Virus record (IMG/VR): IMGVR_UViG_2681813004_000014
Coordinates: 1 to 15,890 of that record
Origin: a virus
Lineage: Duplodnaviria; Heunggongvirae; Uroviricota; Caudoviricetes
DNA length: 15,890 nucleotides
Reading direction: 5' to 3' (one strand)
Each line of letters begins with the position of its first letter. Position 1 is the first letter of the stretch. A model generated the notes under the pieces. The model was not told the origin of the DNA and did not search any database. It was given only the letters and a program-made list of their open reading frames with translations. The translations under genes were made by a program, and so were the position numbers. Shown in pieces: positions 8,087-15,864 of the stretch.

Positions 8087-8334
8087 GCTGTCTGCTCTCC
8101 GGTTTTAACGTTGATGGTTGTTACCTGTTCCGCTCCGGCAATCTCCCGTTGTGTCAGCGTGGCAAAGTTTGCCGCCGCTGTGGTCATGAATGCGCTAATC
8201 AGTTCGGGATGCGCTTTCGCGTATCCTTCTCCGGCGTGGCGGTCTATCGTTCTGATTGCCACCTTTAAGGCGTGCTCTGTCATGTCTAACGCTTTATATT
8301 TTGGCGCTGTCTTATCTCTGGTTTTTCTGTTCAT
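8083..8334 (-). CDS. Hypothetical protein (start uncertain: 8364, 8334 or 8283)
   Basis: Track ORF 8083..8364; the 5' part lies inside the iteron array, so a later start is more plausible. Stop overlaps ssb start. Confidence 0.4.
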   Translation of the reverse strand: MNRKTRDKTAPKYKALDMTEHALKVAIRTIDRHAGEGYAKAHPELISAFMTTAAANFATLTQREIAGAEQVTTINVKTGEQTA

Positions 8335-8550
8335 TCCCCACCACTCCCCACTTTTGCTCCCCACTTTTTAAATTCCCCACTTGCTCCCCACCTCGTTTTT
8401 TGAGTGAATGTAATGCTTTGTTTTTCATTGCGTTTTTTACTCCCCACTTTTTTGGATGTATACAGGTGGGAAAGTGGGGAATTATGTTTCAATTTTGTTA
8501 AATTCCCCACTCTCCCCACTTTTACTACCCACTTTTTACAGTGGGTAAAC
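8334..8550. repeat. Iteron array, putative replication origin
   Basis: At least 9 direct copies of (t)tccccac(tttt), inverted copies near 8463-8482, an AT-rich spacer around 8394-8440, and a palindrome tacccac…gtgggta at 8526-8546; directly 3' of the replication gene. Confidence 0.6.
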
Positions 8551-9942
8551 ATCATCCCCATCGACACAAATCACGCCGTCTTTTTCCAGCTTGGACAGCC
8601 AGCGCCGGAAGTGCTTCATCTCATACCCCAGCTTTTTCATATCGTCGCGGAGAAGGGCGATAGTGCATGGCTCTTTGTGTGCCGTCCGCGTTCTGATGCA
8701 CTGCCATAGCGCGGCGTGATTCTCCGATTTGTTGCCTGCTTCCTCGATGCGCTCCAGTTCAGCAGGGGCGCGGGGAACGTCAATCACCACCATAGACACA
8801 ATCTCTTCCCCATCGGTATCGGTAAACACCTCCACGCTTTTAAGGTCGTATGCACTCTCTTTTGGCTCCTCTGCGTCCTTCATCTTCGTACACGCCGCCA
8901 CCAGTGCTGTAACGTCTGAATTTTCCCGGCTGATTCGGTACTCTGCATCAAGCGCGGCACGGAATGCGCTGGAACCACGCGCCCCCTTTGTTTCATCCTT
9001 GCCGGAATGGTGAACCACCAGCACCGTGGCCCCTGTGGCCTGCTTTATCGCGTCACACCCCTGGATAAATGCGCCCATATCACGGGAATCATTTTCATCA
9101 TTCCCACCAAAGCAACGGGCCAGTGTGTCGATCACAATCAGCCGCACATTTTCGCCCGTTCTGCTCTTAACAAGTCCGGCAGTCCTGATAACCTGCTCCA
9201 CATAGTCAGGCGATGCAGGGAAAACAGGCGCGTTAATGATGCACAAATCTGTAACCACCTTGTCGTGGGTTATCTCCCACGCCTTAACGCGGCGTTTTAC
9301 GCCCATACTGCCTTCGCCAGCGATATAGATAACCGCGCCCTTACTCACCCTGCGGCCTCCCCATGCCATACCTGTGGCAACATGGCACGACCAGGAAATG
9401 GCGAGGAACGATTTATAAGAACCGCTGGCCCCGTAGGTGCTGCATAATGACTCAGCCGGAATAAGCCCCTTAATGACGTAGCTTTGCTGCGCGTCGAATC
9501 CCTCAGAACCCCATGAGATGGGAAGCGTGATTTTTCTCTTTCCGCCATTCATGACCAGGCTTTCCCCTCTCTCCCATGTTTCCCGTAGTCGTGGTAGCTG
9601 GTCGCTCCAGTCCTCAAGCAGTTCGAAATTTTCAGAAAGTAGCCGCGCCTCCTGGACTCCGGCGATCGCCAGTTTTGTGGCAATGGTCAGCATCTGCATA
9701 TCGTCCAGGTTTCCGGCGCGTATGACCTTTACCCTGTATCGTCCTTCATCAACAATCTGTAAGTTGTCCAGTTCGCTTAACTGATAACGGCCCAGGTAAA
9801 CCGGAGGGATGGGATCGCCTGCTTTTTTGGCCTGTGCAATCATGTAATGTTCTGCAAAGGAGTGAGCATTATCACCCGCAAAAATAACCGCCTCAGTGTG
9901 TTTATCTTTCGGTAACAGTTTTACGTTCGGTGCAAGTTTCAT
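8536..9942 (-). CDS. Replication protein with RecA/RepA-like P-loop ATPase domain (putative primase-helicase)
   Basis: 468 aa; Walker A-like YGASGSYKSF, Walker B-like RLIVIDTLARCFGGNDEND, then VLVVHHSGKD…RGSSA, as in RepA/AAA_25-type replicative ATPases. Confidence 0.75.
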   Translation of the reverse strand: MKLAPNVKLLPKDKHTEAVIFAGDNAHSFAEHYMIAQAKKAGDPIPPVYLGRYQLSELDNLQIVDEGRYRVKVIRAGNLDDMQMLTIATKLAIAGVQEARLLSENFELLEDWSDQLPRLRETWERGESLVMNGGKRKITLPISWGSEGFDAQQSYVIKGLIPAESLCSTYGASGSYKSFLAISWSCHVATGMAWGGRRVSKGAVIYIAGEGSMGVKRRVKAWEITHDKVVTDLCIINAPVFPASPDYVEQVIRTAGLVKSRTGENVRLIVIDTLARCFGGNDENDSRDMGAFIQGCDAIKQATGATVLVVHHSGKDETKGARGSSAFRAALDAEYRISRENSDVTALVAACTKMKDAEEPKESAYDLKSVEVFTDTDGEEIVSMVVIDVPRAPAELERIEEAGNKSENHAALWQCIRTRTAHKEPCTIALLRDDMKKLGYEMKHFRRWLSKLEKDGVICVDGDDVYPL

Positions 9943-10226
9943 TTCTTACCCCCTGCGACCAGCATTTCACGGATTTTGCGGATATAACTTGCAGCACGTT
10001 TCTGATTAACGGCTTTACGATGGCCCACCAGCGTGAAATCACGCCGGAACTGATAAACAGGCATAACGCAGTCATATTCGTAGCCATCACGGCGGTAAGT
10101 GATGCGCCGTTCCTCCACGCCCTTAATCATTACCGTGCCGCCGTAGTTATCACGGAAAATATCGCCGGGACGGATTTCAGGACGAGCGGGGCCGCTGGCA
10201 TTAACGCCAGAATTTTTATTTTTCAT
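9939..10226 (-). CDS. Hypothetical protein (95 aa)
   Basis: ORF in the early operon with 4-bp overlap to the replication gene; no recognised motif. Confidence 0.5.
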   Translation of the reverse strand: MKNKNSGVNASGPARPEIRPGDIFRDNYGGTVMIKGVEERRITYRRDGYEYDCVMPVYQFRRDFTLVGHRKAVNQKRAASYIRKIREMLVAGGKK

Positions 10227-10231
10227 GTTTT

Positions 10232-10465
10232 TTATTCTCCGGTGTGCTGTTCTTTATATCTGTCGTGCAATAGGTCTATTTCCTGCAACTCTGTTATTAC
10301 AGGTTCAAGGAGAGTTATCAGAGATTTAATAATCCGCGCATTCTTTACATCACGCTCATTATCGCCAAATGTATCTGGATACATTTGCAATATTTCGTAC
10401 ATGCCTTCAGCGTAAGCAAGGGCACTAAATGCGCGGTCTATTGTTTCGTGGTAAATATCACGCAT
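10232..10465 (-). CDS. Hypothetical protein (77 aa)
   Basis: Tightly packed ORF in the same operon; no recognised motif. Confidence 0.45.
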   Translation of the reverse strand: MRDIYHETIDRAFSALAYAEGMYEILQMYPDTFGDNERDVKNARIIKSLITLLEPVITELQEIDLLHDRYKEQHTGE

Positions 10466-10466
10466 A

Positions 10467-11021
10467 TTAATCCCCGTCCGTCGTTTTTCTTAAAACAGTT
10501 TCCGTTACGAAATCAGCATAGTTAGCGGCGATATCAAGAATATTTAGCCCTGTATCCCTGTGCTCATCAGTGCAAAGAAAGAAAAAAGCCACCCGCATAA
10601 TTTCAGATATTGACGAAAGCGCATCAGCCGCATTATCAGGAACGCCGGAAAATTCCTGTTTCAGGGAATTAAAACGATCATCACGCATAACCCCCCCATT
10701 TTCACAATCAGCAATCAGGATGGCTTTAGCCTCATTCAGCGCCATATCAGCGGTTAGCTGTGCGTAGGCCAGCGAATGCGGGATTATTGCCCCTGTATAT
10801 TCCGGCTCTCTGGTAATGTGTTTTTCTGCGGTTGCTGCCGTGCATGAAATATCAATCAGCGCGTGCATTAGCGTTATGATGGCTTCGGCGGCTGCGTCCG
10901 GACGGATCTCTCTGGTAATGTGTTTTTCTGCGGTTGCTGCCGTGCATGAAATATCAATCAGCGCGTGCATTAGCGTTATGATGGCTTCGGCGGCTGCGTC
11001 CGGACGGATGTTATTGCACAT
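10467..11021 (-). CDS. Hypothetical protein (184 aa) with internal duplicated 34 aa segment
   Basis: Contains IRPDAAAEAIITLMHALIDISCTAATAEKHITRE twice in tandem. Confidence 0.5.
   Translation of the reverse strand: MCNNIRPDAAAEAIITLMHALIDISCTAATAEKHITREIRPDAAAEAIITLMHALIDISCTAATAEKHITREPEYTGAIIPHSLAYAQLTADMALNEAKAILIADCENGGVMRDDRFNSLKQEFSGVPDNAADALSSISEIMRVAFFFLCTDEHRDTGLNILDIAANYADFVTETVLRKTTDGD
10806..11009. repeat. Perfect tandem 102 bp duplication, in frame
   Basis: 10806..10907 is identical to 10908..11009. Confidence 0.85.
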
Positions 11022-11379
11022 GGCGCACCCCCTGAATAACCTGATATCCGCAACTGGTCAGCAATTCGATAAATTCCGGCAGTGTGCCGAAACAGCAATC
11101 ATCACGCAGCCGTTCGCAGGATACCTCGACGCCGTTTTCGTAGTGACTCACCATACATCCGGTAAAATGCAGATCATCATCGTGATGGCTCGTTGACGGT
11201 TTCATCAGTCGCGCACGTTCCGCCAGTTCAAGCAATGCTTCAACGCTTCCGGCAATTGCACCATCCGGCAGGTGATAATTACTTACTACGCGTCCATTCT
11301 CTACATTGACGAGTAGCTGTCCGGTAAATTTCTCACGAAACTGAACGCGGTTAAGATCGGTAAGTGACAGGTTAATCAT
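11011..11379 (-). CDS. Hypothetical protein (~122 aa)
   Basis: Internal ATG at 11379 (MINLSLTDLNRVQ…) is preceded by aggggg at about 7 nt; track ORF extends to 11496 but overlaps the upstream gene. Confidence 0.5.
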   Translation of the reverse strand: MINLSLTDLNRVQFREKFTGQLLVNVENGRVVSNYHLPDGAIAGSVEALLELAERARLMKPSTSHHDDDLHFTGCMVSHYENGVEVSCERLRDDCCFGTLPEFIELLTSCGYQVIQGVRHVQ

Positions 11380-11568
11380 GGTACACCCCCTGACGAATAC
11401 GGGCAGCGAATACAGCGACACAACCGGACGGGCAACGGTTACGCGCTTCGCGTTCTGTCCAGGCGGTGACGTGGATGATTTGGGATTCTCCGGCACTCAG
11501 TGCCAGAAAACGCCACACAAAGGCCGTTTGTGTGTGCGCTAGGCGTGGGGTATGCTGTTTTACAGCCA
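11372..11568 (-). CDS. Hypothetical small protein (~65 aa), first gene of the early operon
   Basis: ATG at 11568 with agaggt 7 nt upstream; MAVKQHTPRLAHTQTAFVWRFLAL…; the long track ORF 11372..12199 is rejected. Any resemblance to Icd-like small proteins is unverified. Confidence 0.4.
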
Positions 11569-11768
11569 TAATCGTTACCTCTTTTAACGGTTTGGTTAGA
11601 CGCCCCGTTACTGCTCCAACAGTACGGGGCTTCGTCGTTTCAATTGCTGAATTGCATATATCAGCCCTTGTGGTATTCAGATTACATTTAGGTGAATACC
11701 ATTTCAAGTCTTTTTTGGTATTCACTTTTGTATTACACTGCATCCCGTTATTAATCGGAGGTGCAAAT
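11569..11768. promoter_or_regulatory. Divergent promoter/operator region between the early operon and the RHH gene
   Basis: Half-site GGTATTCA at 11672-11679, its inverted copy at 11693-11700 (13 bp spacer) and a third copy at 11717-11724; imperfect hairpin at 11602-11630. Confidence 0.5.
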
Positions 11769-12074
11769 ATGTCCACGAGTTCTGTTAACAATAAGTCACA
11801 GCAACTGAATGCCAGATTTCCACATGAAGTAGTGAGTGGCATTGAGGCATCCCTACAGCCAGGGGAAACTAAAGCGAATTTTATAGTTACGGCTGTACGC
11901 GGTGAGATCGCCCGCCGCCAAGCAGAAGGAAGAAGAGAAAATCCCCTGGTTTCTTCGCTCGATGCACTGGCGCAGGTGGAAAAAATCGGTGTCAAAGCTG
12001 CCGAGGAGATCGGGCAACTCGTCGCCGTTGCGCGTGAAGAACTCCAGCGGCGCAAAGCCAAAGAACAGGAATAG
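11769..12074 (+). CDS. Ribbon-helix-helix-like DNA-binding protein (candidate island repressor)
   Basis: ggagg 8 nt upstream of ATG 11769; N-terminal region (…ARFPHEVVSGIEASL…FIVTAVRGEIARRQ) resembles Arc/CopG-type RHH; the only plus-strand island gene, divergent from the early operon. Confidence 0.55.
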   Translation: MSTSSVNNKSQQLNARFPHEVVSGIEASLQPGETKANFIVTAVRGEIARRQAEGRRENPLVSSLDALAQVEKIGVKAAEEIGQLVAVAREELQRRKAKEQE

Positions 12075-12162
12075 CCCACCAGCAAGCCAGCACACTGATC
12101 ACATTGCCCACCAGCCAGCAAACCGCTATGATGGCCGGGCTTATGTTTAGTGTTTTCCCATT

Positions 12163-12190
12163 GGCGACCGCCCCCGGTCGCCTTTGTTTT
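12163..12190 (+). terminator. Rho-independent terminator
   Basis: GC-rich hairpin ggcgaccg-cccc-cggtcgcc followed by tttgtttt, downstream of the RHH gene. Confidence 0.6.
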
Positions 12191-12209
12191 ATGTGCCATA
12201 TACTCCCCT

Positions 12210-12434
12210 TTACGCTGCCTTGCCTGAATTAATGCGATCCCGGCTTTTAACCCATTCCATAACCTCGGACAGCAGCCAACCTACAGAACGACCGCCCAGA
12301 TTAAGGCGTGACGGAAATCGCCCTTTTTTCTCCAGTTCGTAGCGTGTAGTGCGACACACTCCAGTTAACTTACGACATTCATCCTCACGGATTACGCGAT
12401 CTGATAGTGATTGAAATTGTGTATTTTGATTCAT
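12210..12434 (-). CDS. alpA: AlpA-family transcriptional regulator
   Basis: 74 aa; …CRKLTGVCRTTRYELEKKGRFPSRLNLGGRSVGWLLSEVMEWV matches the AlpA HTH pattern of CP4-57-type islands. Confidence 0.85.
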   Translation of the reverse strand: MNQNTQFQSLSDRVIREDECRKLTGVCRTTRYELEKKGRFPSRLNLGGRSVGWLLSEVMEWVKSRDRINSGKAA

Positions 12435-12528
12435 AAAAAACGTCCTCGAACGTTGCCGAACGAGGACGATTCTAGACGGTGGTAAAACGCCGTTTGTGTG
12501 ATATCACATTATCGGTACGTGATATCAC
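12435..12528 (-). promoter_or_regulatory. alpA leader hairpin plus two palindromic operator-like sites
   Basis: Hairpin 12441-12468 (cgtcctcg…cgaggacg) followed on the minus strand by TTTTTT and the alpA ATG; the right arm contains the only GAGGA upstream of alpA. Palindrome GTGATATCAC occurs at 12498-12507 and 12519-12528, centres 21 bp apart. Confidence 0.45.
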
Positions 12529-13244
12529 TTTTTGCGTTTTTGTTGAGATTCACGCCCCAAATACTTTTGCCATGTCTGCCAATGTGTTTTGGGAAATTCT
12601 ATCCCTCTGGATGCAGCTATAGAATCAATTAAATCTGCTATTTTAGGTAATGATTCCGTGTCTAGGTCTACATCACCCATTTCTGGAATAAGTTTAATTA
12701 AAGAGTAAATAACCTCATTCCTTTTTGCTGCTCTTTTGGGGTTATCTTCTGTAAGATTACGAAAACTACCTTCATCTTTTACATTATTTAAATCATCTGC
12801 CATCACACATAAATAATCAACATCTATATCAAATGGCTTGAGATTTTCCCCTTCTGGAGTTATTTCTAATCCACCGCCAAGTCTATCAGGGTAAAAATAT
12901 AATGTTGGTGAGCTTATGATGTTATTATGTTTAAACTCAATATCAGAGAACGCCTTTTTGTTTACATAGAAAAAACCAGCAATAAAATTTGCTATATATA
13001 ATCTATCATCTATTTCCTTCTCTAAATTAATTGTTTTGCCGTCCTGGAATATTAGTCCATTCCGTTTATTATCTTTAAATCCCTCAAGAAAATAAACCTC
13101 ACAGTTCCCAACACTATGCTCAGGAATAAATACAGAAATATCAATGGCACCTGTACTAGCGAAATGATAGAGATCCCTTATTGTACATCCTAACTTTTCT
13201 GCCGCTTCAGGTAACGGATAATAGAGTCTTTTAGGTAATTTCAT
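12525..13244 (-). CDS. Low-GC cargo protein of unknown function, possible N-terminal HTH
   Basis: 239 aa; markedly AT-rich compared with flanking int and alpA; N-terminus LPEAAEKLGCTIRDLYHFASTGAI resembles excisionase/MerR-type HTH; 4-bp overlap with int stop. Confidence 0.7.
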   Translation of the reverse strand: MKLPKRLYYPLPEAAEKLGCTIRDLYHFASTGAIDISVFIPEHSVGNCEVYFLEGFKDNKRNGLIFQDGKTINLEKEIDDRLYIANFIAGFFYVNKKAFSDIEFKHNNIISSPTLYFYPDRLGGGLEITPEGENLKPFDIDVDYLCVMADDLNNVKDEGSFRNLTEDNPKRAAKRNEVIYSLIKLIPEMGDVDLDTESLPKIADLIDSIAASRGIEFPKTHWQTWQKYLGRESQQKRKK

Positions 13245-14461
13245 TTAGCCACCTTCAGCATAACAATATTTTCATGATTTCCAGCCAGCACATCAAGACG
13301 CTCAACCCACAGATTCAACGCGTCCCGCTTTGCCTGTAAATAGCGTGAATGGTTATAGGTTTTTTGCTGACCGGGCATCTGATGCGCTGTGATGTGCTCC
13401 ACGATATGCGGATCGACACCTAAATCGTTCAGCATCGTTGTAAACGTGTGGCGAAAGTCATGCAGCGTCCAGTGTTCCTGGTTAAGCCGCTTATGCGCAT
13501 TTCGCCCATATTGCGCTACCGTGGTATCTTTTTTCAGTTCTCCGAGTAATAACCCTGTATGCCGGTTCTTCTCCACCAGCTTCTGAATGAACGGCAAAAT
13601 GCCATCGGGGATTGGCCTGAATATCGTTACCTTCGTTTTGCTATGCTCTTTTGGCACTGTCCACAACATTTCTTTCAGATCCCATTCTTTGATCTCTGAA
13701 AGTCTGACCTCTGCCGTTCTGCACCCGAACACAATCAGCAAGCGCATTAACGCGCTGTAGTAAGGCGCGAACACATCACCATCGATAGCGCGTAAAATTT
13801 CCTTTAATTCGCTGTTACTGTGCACCCTCTCGCGAATTTCTGCTCTCTTACCCACATCGCTGACGATCAAATCGTCCAGGGCATTACTGAACGCGTAGCG
13901 CCTCCTGCGGCAGAACTTTAGCGCCTGTTTGCAGGTTTGCATGACGTGCCCTGCTGCTACTGGTGCTTTTTTTCGTACACGGTCAAAACATGCGATCCAC
14001 TGCCTTGTATCGCATTTATCAAGAGGAATTGCCCCTATATGGCAAATGATGTGCTTATCCATACGTTGCACCAGCTTTATGTAGTCTTTGCGGTTACCCT
14101 TCGCATATTCATCCAGCCAGTAGTTAATCGCCTCCTTCACCGTAACGGGTTTTAGCGCTTCCTGTACTGTGGCGCACAACTCATAACGGGGGTTTTTACC
14201 CTCAGCCAGCCATGCCCGGCACTGTGCGCGTTTTTCCCTTGCAGCTTTCAGCGACAATTCAGGGTAAGCCCCCAGCTTTAACCGCTCTGCGGCAACCTCA
14301 CGGCCTCCCGTTCGGTACCGGAAATACCAGGTTAATTTGCCGCCCTTTGAGTGTTTAATCTCCAGCCCGCCCCCGTCGGAGTAAAAACGCTCTTTTTCTG
14401 CCTGGACAGCCGCCAATTTTTTTAACGTCGAATCGCTCAGTTTGTTTAGTGCTTTTCCCAC
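13241..14461 (-). CDS. int: Tyrosine integrase, P4-like
   Basis: 406 aa with catalytic-region pattern …LHDFRHTFTTMLNDLGVDPHIVEHITAHQ…YNHSRY; located at the island edge. Confidence 0.9.
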   Translation of the reverse strand: MGKALNKLSDSTLKKLAAVQAEKERFYSDGGGLEIKHSKGGKLTWYFRYRTGGREVAAERLKLGAYPELSLKAAREKRAQCRAWLAEGKNPRYELCATVQEALKPVTVKEAINYWLDEYAKGNRKDYIKLVQRMDKHIICHIGAIPLDKCDTRQWIACFDRVRKKAPVAAGHVMQTCKQALKFCRRRRYAFSNALDDLIVSDVGKRAEIRERVHSNSELKEILRAIDGDVFAPYYSALMRLLIVFGCRTAEVRLSEIKEWDLKEMLWTVPKEHSKTKVTIFRPIPDGILPFIQKLVEKNRHTGLLLGELKKDTTVAQYGRNAHKRLNQEHWTLHDFRHTFTTMLNDLGVDPHIVEHITAHQMPGQQKTYNHSRYLQAKRDALNLWVERLDVLAGNHENIVMLKVAK

Positions 14462-14489
14462 TATCAGATCCTCTTTTCAGTCCTCCAGC

Positions 14490-14640
14490 CTCAAAAAACT
14501 GACCACACAACTGACCACACATTTCGTTGAAGCTCTACGAACAACGACGAACAATAACAAACAAGAAAACGAAACATTCCATTTAATATCAAATACATAT
14601 CCAAACAACCACGAACAACCCCGAACCACAAAAAACACTA
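14490..14640. promoter_or_regulatory. A/C-rich repeat region upstream of int
   Basis: Direct repeat aactgaccacac x2 (14497-14520), multiple gaacaa units, and the 15-mer AACAACCACGAACAA (14604-14618) that also occurs at 6758-6772. Confidence 0.3.
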
Positions 14641-14790
14641 AATGAGAAAATACGGGTATTTCTCAGCCTTCACGCAGAAGGGCACCCCGAGTCGTTTGGT
14701 TGCGATGATAAATCGCAGAGGAGGATGGTAATGTCCAGCGCACGCGTTGTAAACGAGGAAAAACGGCAGTATTACAATCGCGTTAATAAA

Positions 14791-15063
14791 TTATTTGATA
14801 TATGAATCCAGCACCTTCAGAACGACATCCAGATCTTCTTCACGTTTTAGCTCATCCCCCTGGTGAACGATGTGTTCCGTCAGATGACCTTTAATCACTT
14901 CCCGCATCAGACCGTTTACCGCGCCACGGATAGCAGCAATCTGTTGTAAAACTGCAGCGCATTCGTGCGGCTCGTCGAGCATTTTCTTGAGCGCCACGAC
15001 CTGGCCCTGAATCTTACTGGCACGCGCTTTCAGTTTCTGTTTATCACGGATTGTATGAGACAT
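14791..15063 (-). CDS. rcnR: Ni/Co-responsive transcriptional repressor RcnR
   Basis: 90 aa [56 protein letters not shown]… recognised as RcnR; divergent from rcnA. Confidence 0.9.
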
Positions 15064-15111
15064 GGCAACACCTGGTTAACAAGAATATGAAAAATCATAG
15101 CACTATTAATC

Positions 15112-15146
15112 TACTGGGGGGTAGTATCAGGTACTGGGGGGGAGTA
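15112..15146. promoter_or_regulatory. RcnR operator sites in the rcnR-rcnA intergenic region
   Basis: TACT-G6-T-AGTA at 15112-15126 and TACT-G7-AGTA at 15132-15146, matching the established RcnR recognition motif. Confidence 0.75.
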
Positions 15147-15183
15147 GAATCAGATTGCCGAATTAATACTAAGAATTATTATC

Positions 15184-15864
15184 ATGACCGAATTTACAAC
15201 TCTTCTTCAGCAAGGAAACGCCTGGTTCTTCATCCCCAGCGCCATCTTACTTGGTGCGCTTCATGGCCTGGAACCAGGGCACTCAAAAACGATGATGGCG
15301 GCGTTTATCATCGCCATCAAAGGCACCATTAAACAAGCGGTGATGCTCGGACTGGCAGCAACTATTTCGCATACCGCAGTGGTCTGGTTAATTGCCTTTG
15401 GCGGGATGGTGATCAGTAAGCGCTTTACTGCTCAATCAGCAGAACCGTGGCTCCAGCTGATTTCCGCAGTGATCATTATTAGCACCGCGTTCTGGATGTT
15501 CTGGCGTACCTGGCGCGGCGAACGCAACTGGCTGGAGAATATGCACGGGCATGATTATGAGCATCATCATCACGATCACGAAGATCACCACGACCATGGA
15601 CATCATCACCATCACGAACATGGCGAGTATCAGGATGCCCATGCACGAGCCCATGCCAATGATATTAAACGACGCTTTGATGGTAGAGAGGTCACCAACT
15701 GGCAAATTTTGTTATTTGGCTTAACAGGTGGTCTTATCCCCTGTCCGGCAGCAATTACCGTGCTGTTGATTTGCATTCAGTTGAAAGCCCTGACACTGGG
15801 CGCAACACTGGTCGTCAGTTTCAGCATTGGCCTGGCGGGTAATGCTGCCAACTTACTGATTTAG
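15184..15864 (+). pseudogene. rcnA: Nickel/cobalt efflux protein RcnA, interrupted by IS1
   Basis: N-terminus and His-rich loop (HGHDYEHHHHDHEDHHDHGHHHHHEHGEYQDAH) match RcnA; after …SFSIGLA the reading frame runs into IS1 terminal sequence and stops early (226 aa, shorter than intact RcnA). Confidence 0.85.

Larger units (their letters stand above)
1..14650. mobile_element. Integrated satellite/PICI-like island (partial; left end beyond window), P4-type integrase at right end next to rcnR
   Basis: Contiguous minus-strand block of integrase, AlpA, replication protein with iterons, SSB and HK97-type head genes; right boundary inferred between int start (14461) and rcnR stop (14791), exact att core not identifiable without the other end. 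Confidence 0.6.

Noticed and set aside
7297-8371. Plus-strand ORFs over the ssb region and its 136 bp repeats
   Set aside because: They are antisense to ssb, and their apparent length is inflated by the tandem repeat.
8256-8709. ORFs 8256..8501 (+), 8331..8567 (-), 8404..8709 (+) and the possibility of a CRISPR array in the repeat-dense region
   Set aside because: The repeats are short (8-12 bp), irregularly spaced and lack spacer structure, consistent with iterons; the ORFs are low-complexity translations of repeats.
11372-12199. 275 aa minus-strand ORF spanning the divergent intergenic region and the RHH gene
   Set aside because: It crosses the promoter/operator region and runs antisense through the RHH gene; a short ORF starting at 11568 with a good SD explains the 3' part.
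14442-14645. 67 aa plus-strand ORF in the A/C-rich region upstream of int
   Set aside because: The translation is low-complexity (T/N/Q/K-rich) and reflects A/C-rich repeat DNA; more likely promoter or att-associated sequence.
14462-14790. Expected tRNA or tmRNA integration target next to the P4-type integrase
   Set aside because: I could not see a tRNA-like sequence (acceptor stem with T-loop GTTC-type motif) between int and rcnR; the att core cannot be fixed without the other island end.
15436-15705. 89 aa minus-strand ORF inside rcnA
   Set aside because: Antisense to the well-matched rcnA frame, and its Met/Val/Ile-rich sequence mirrors the His-codon-rich region.
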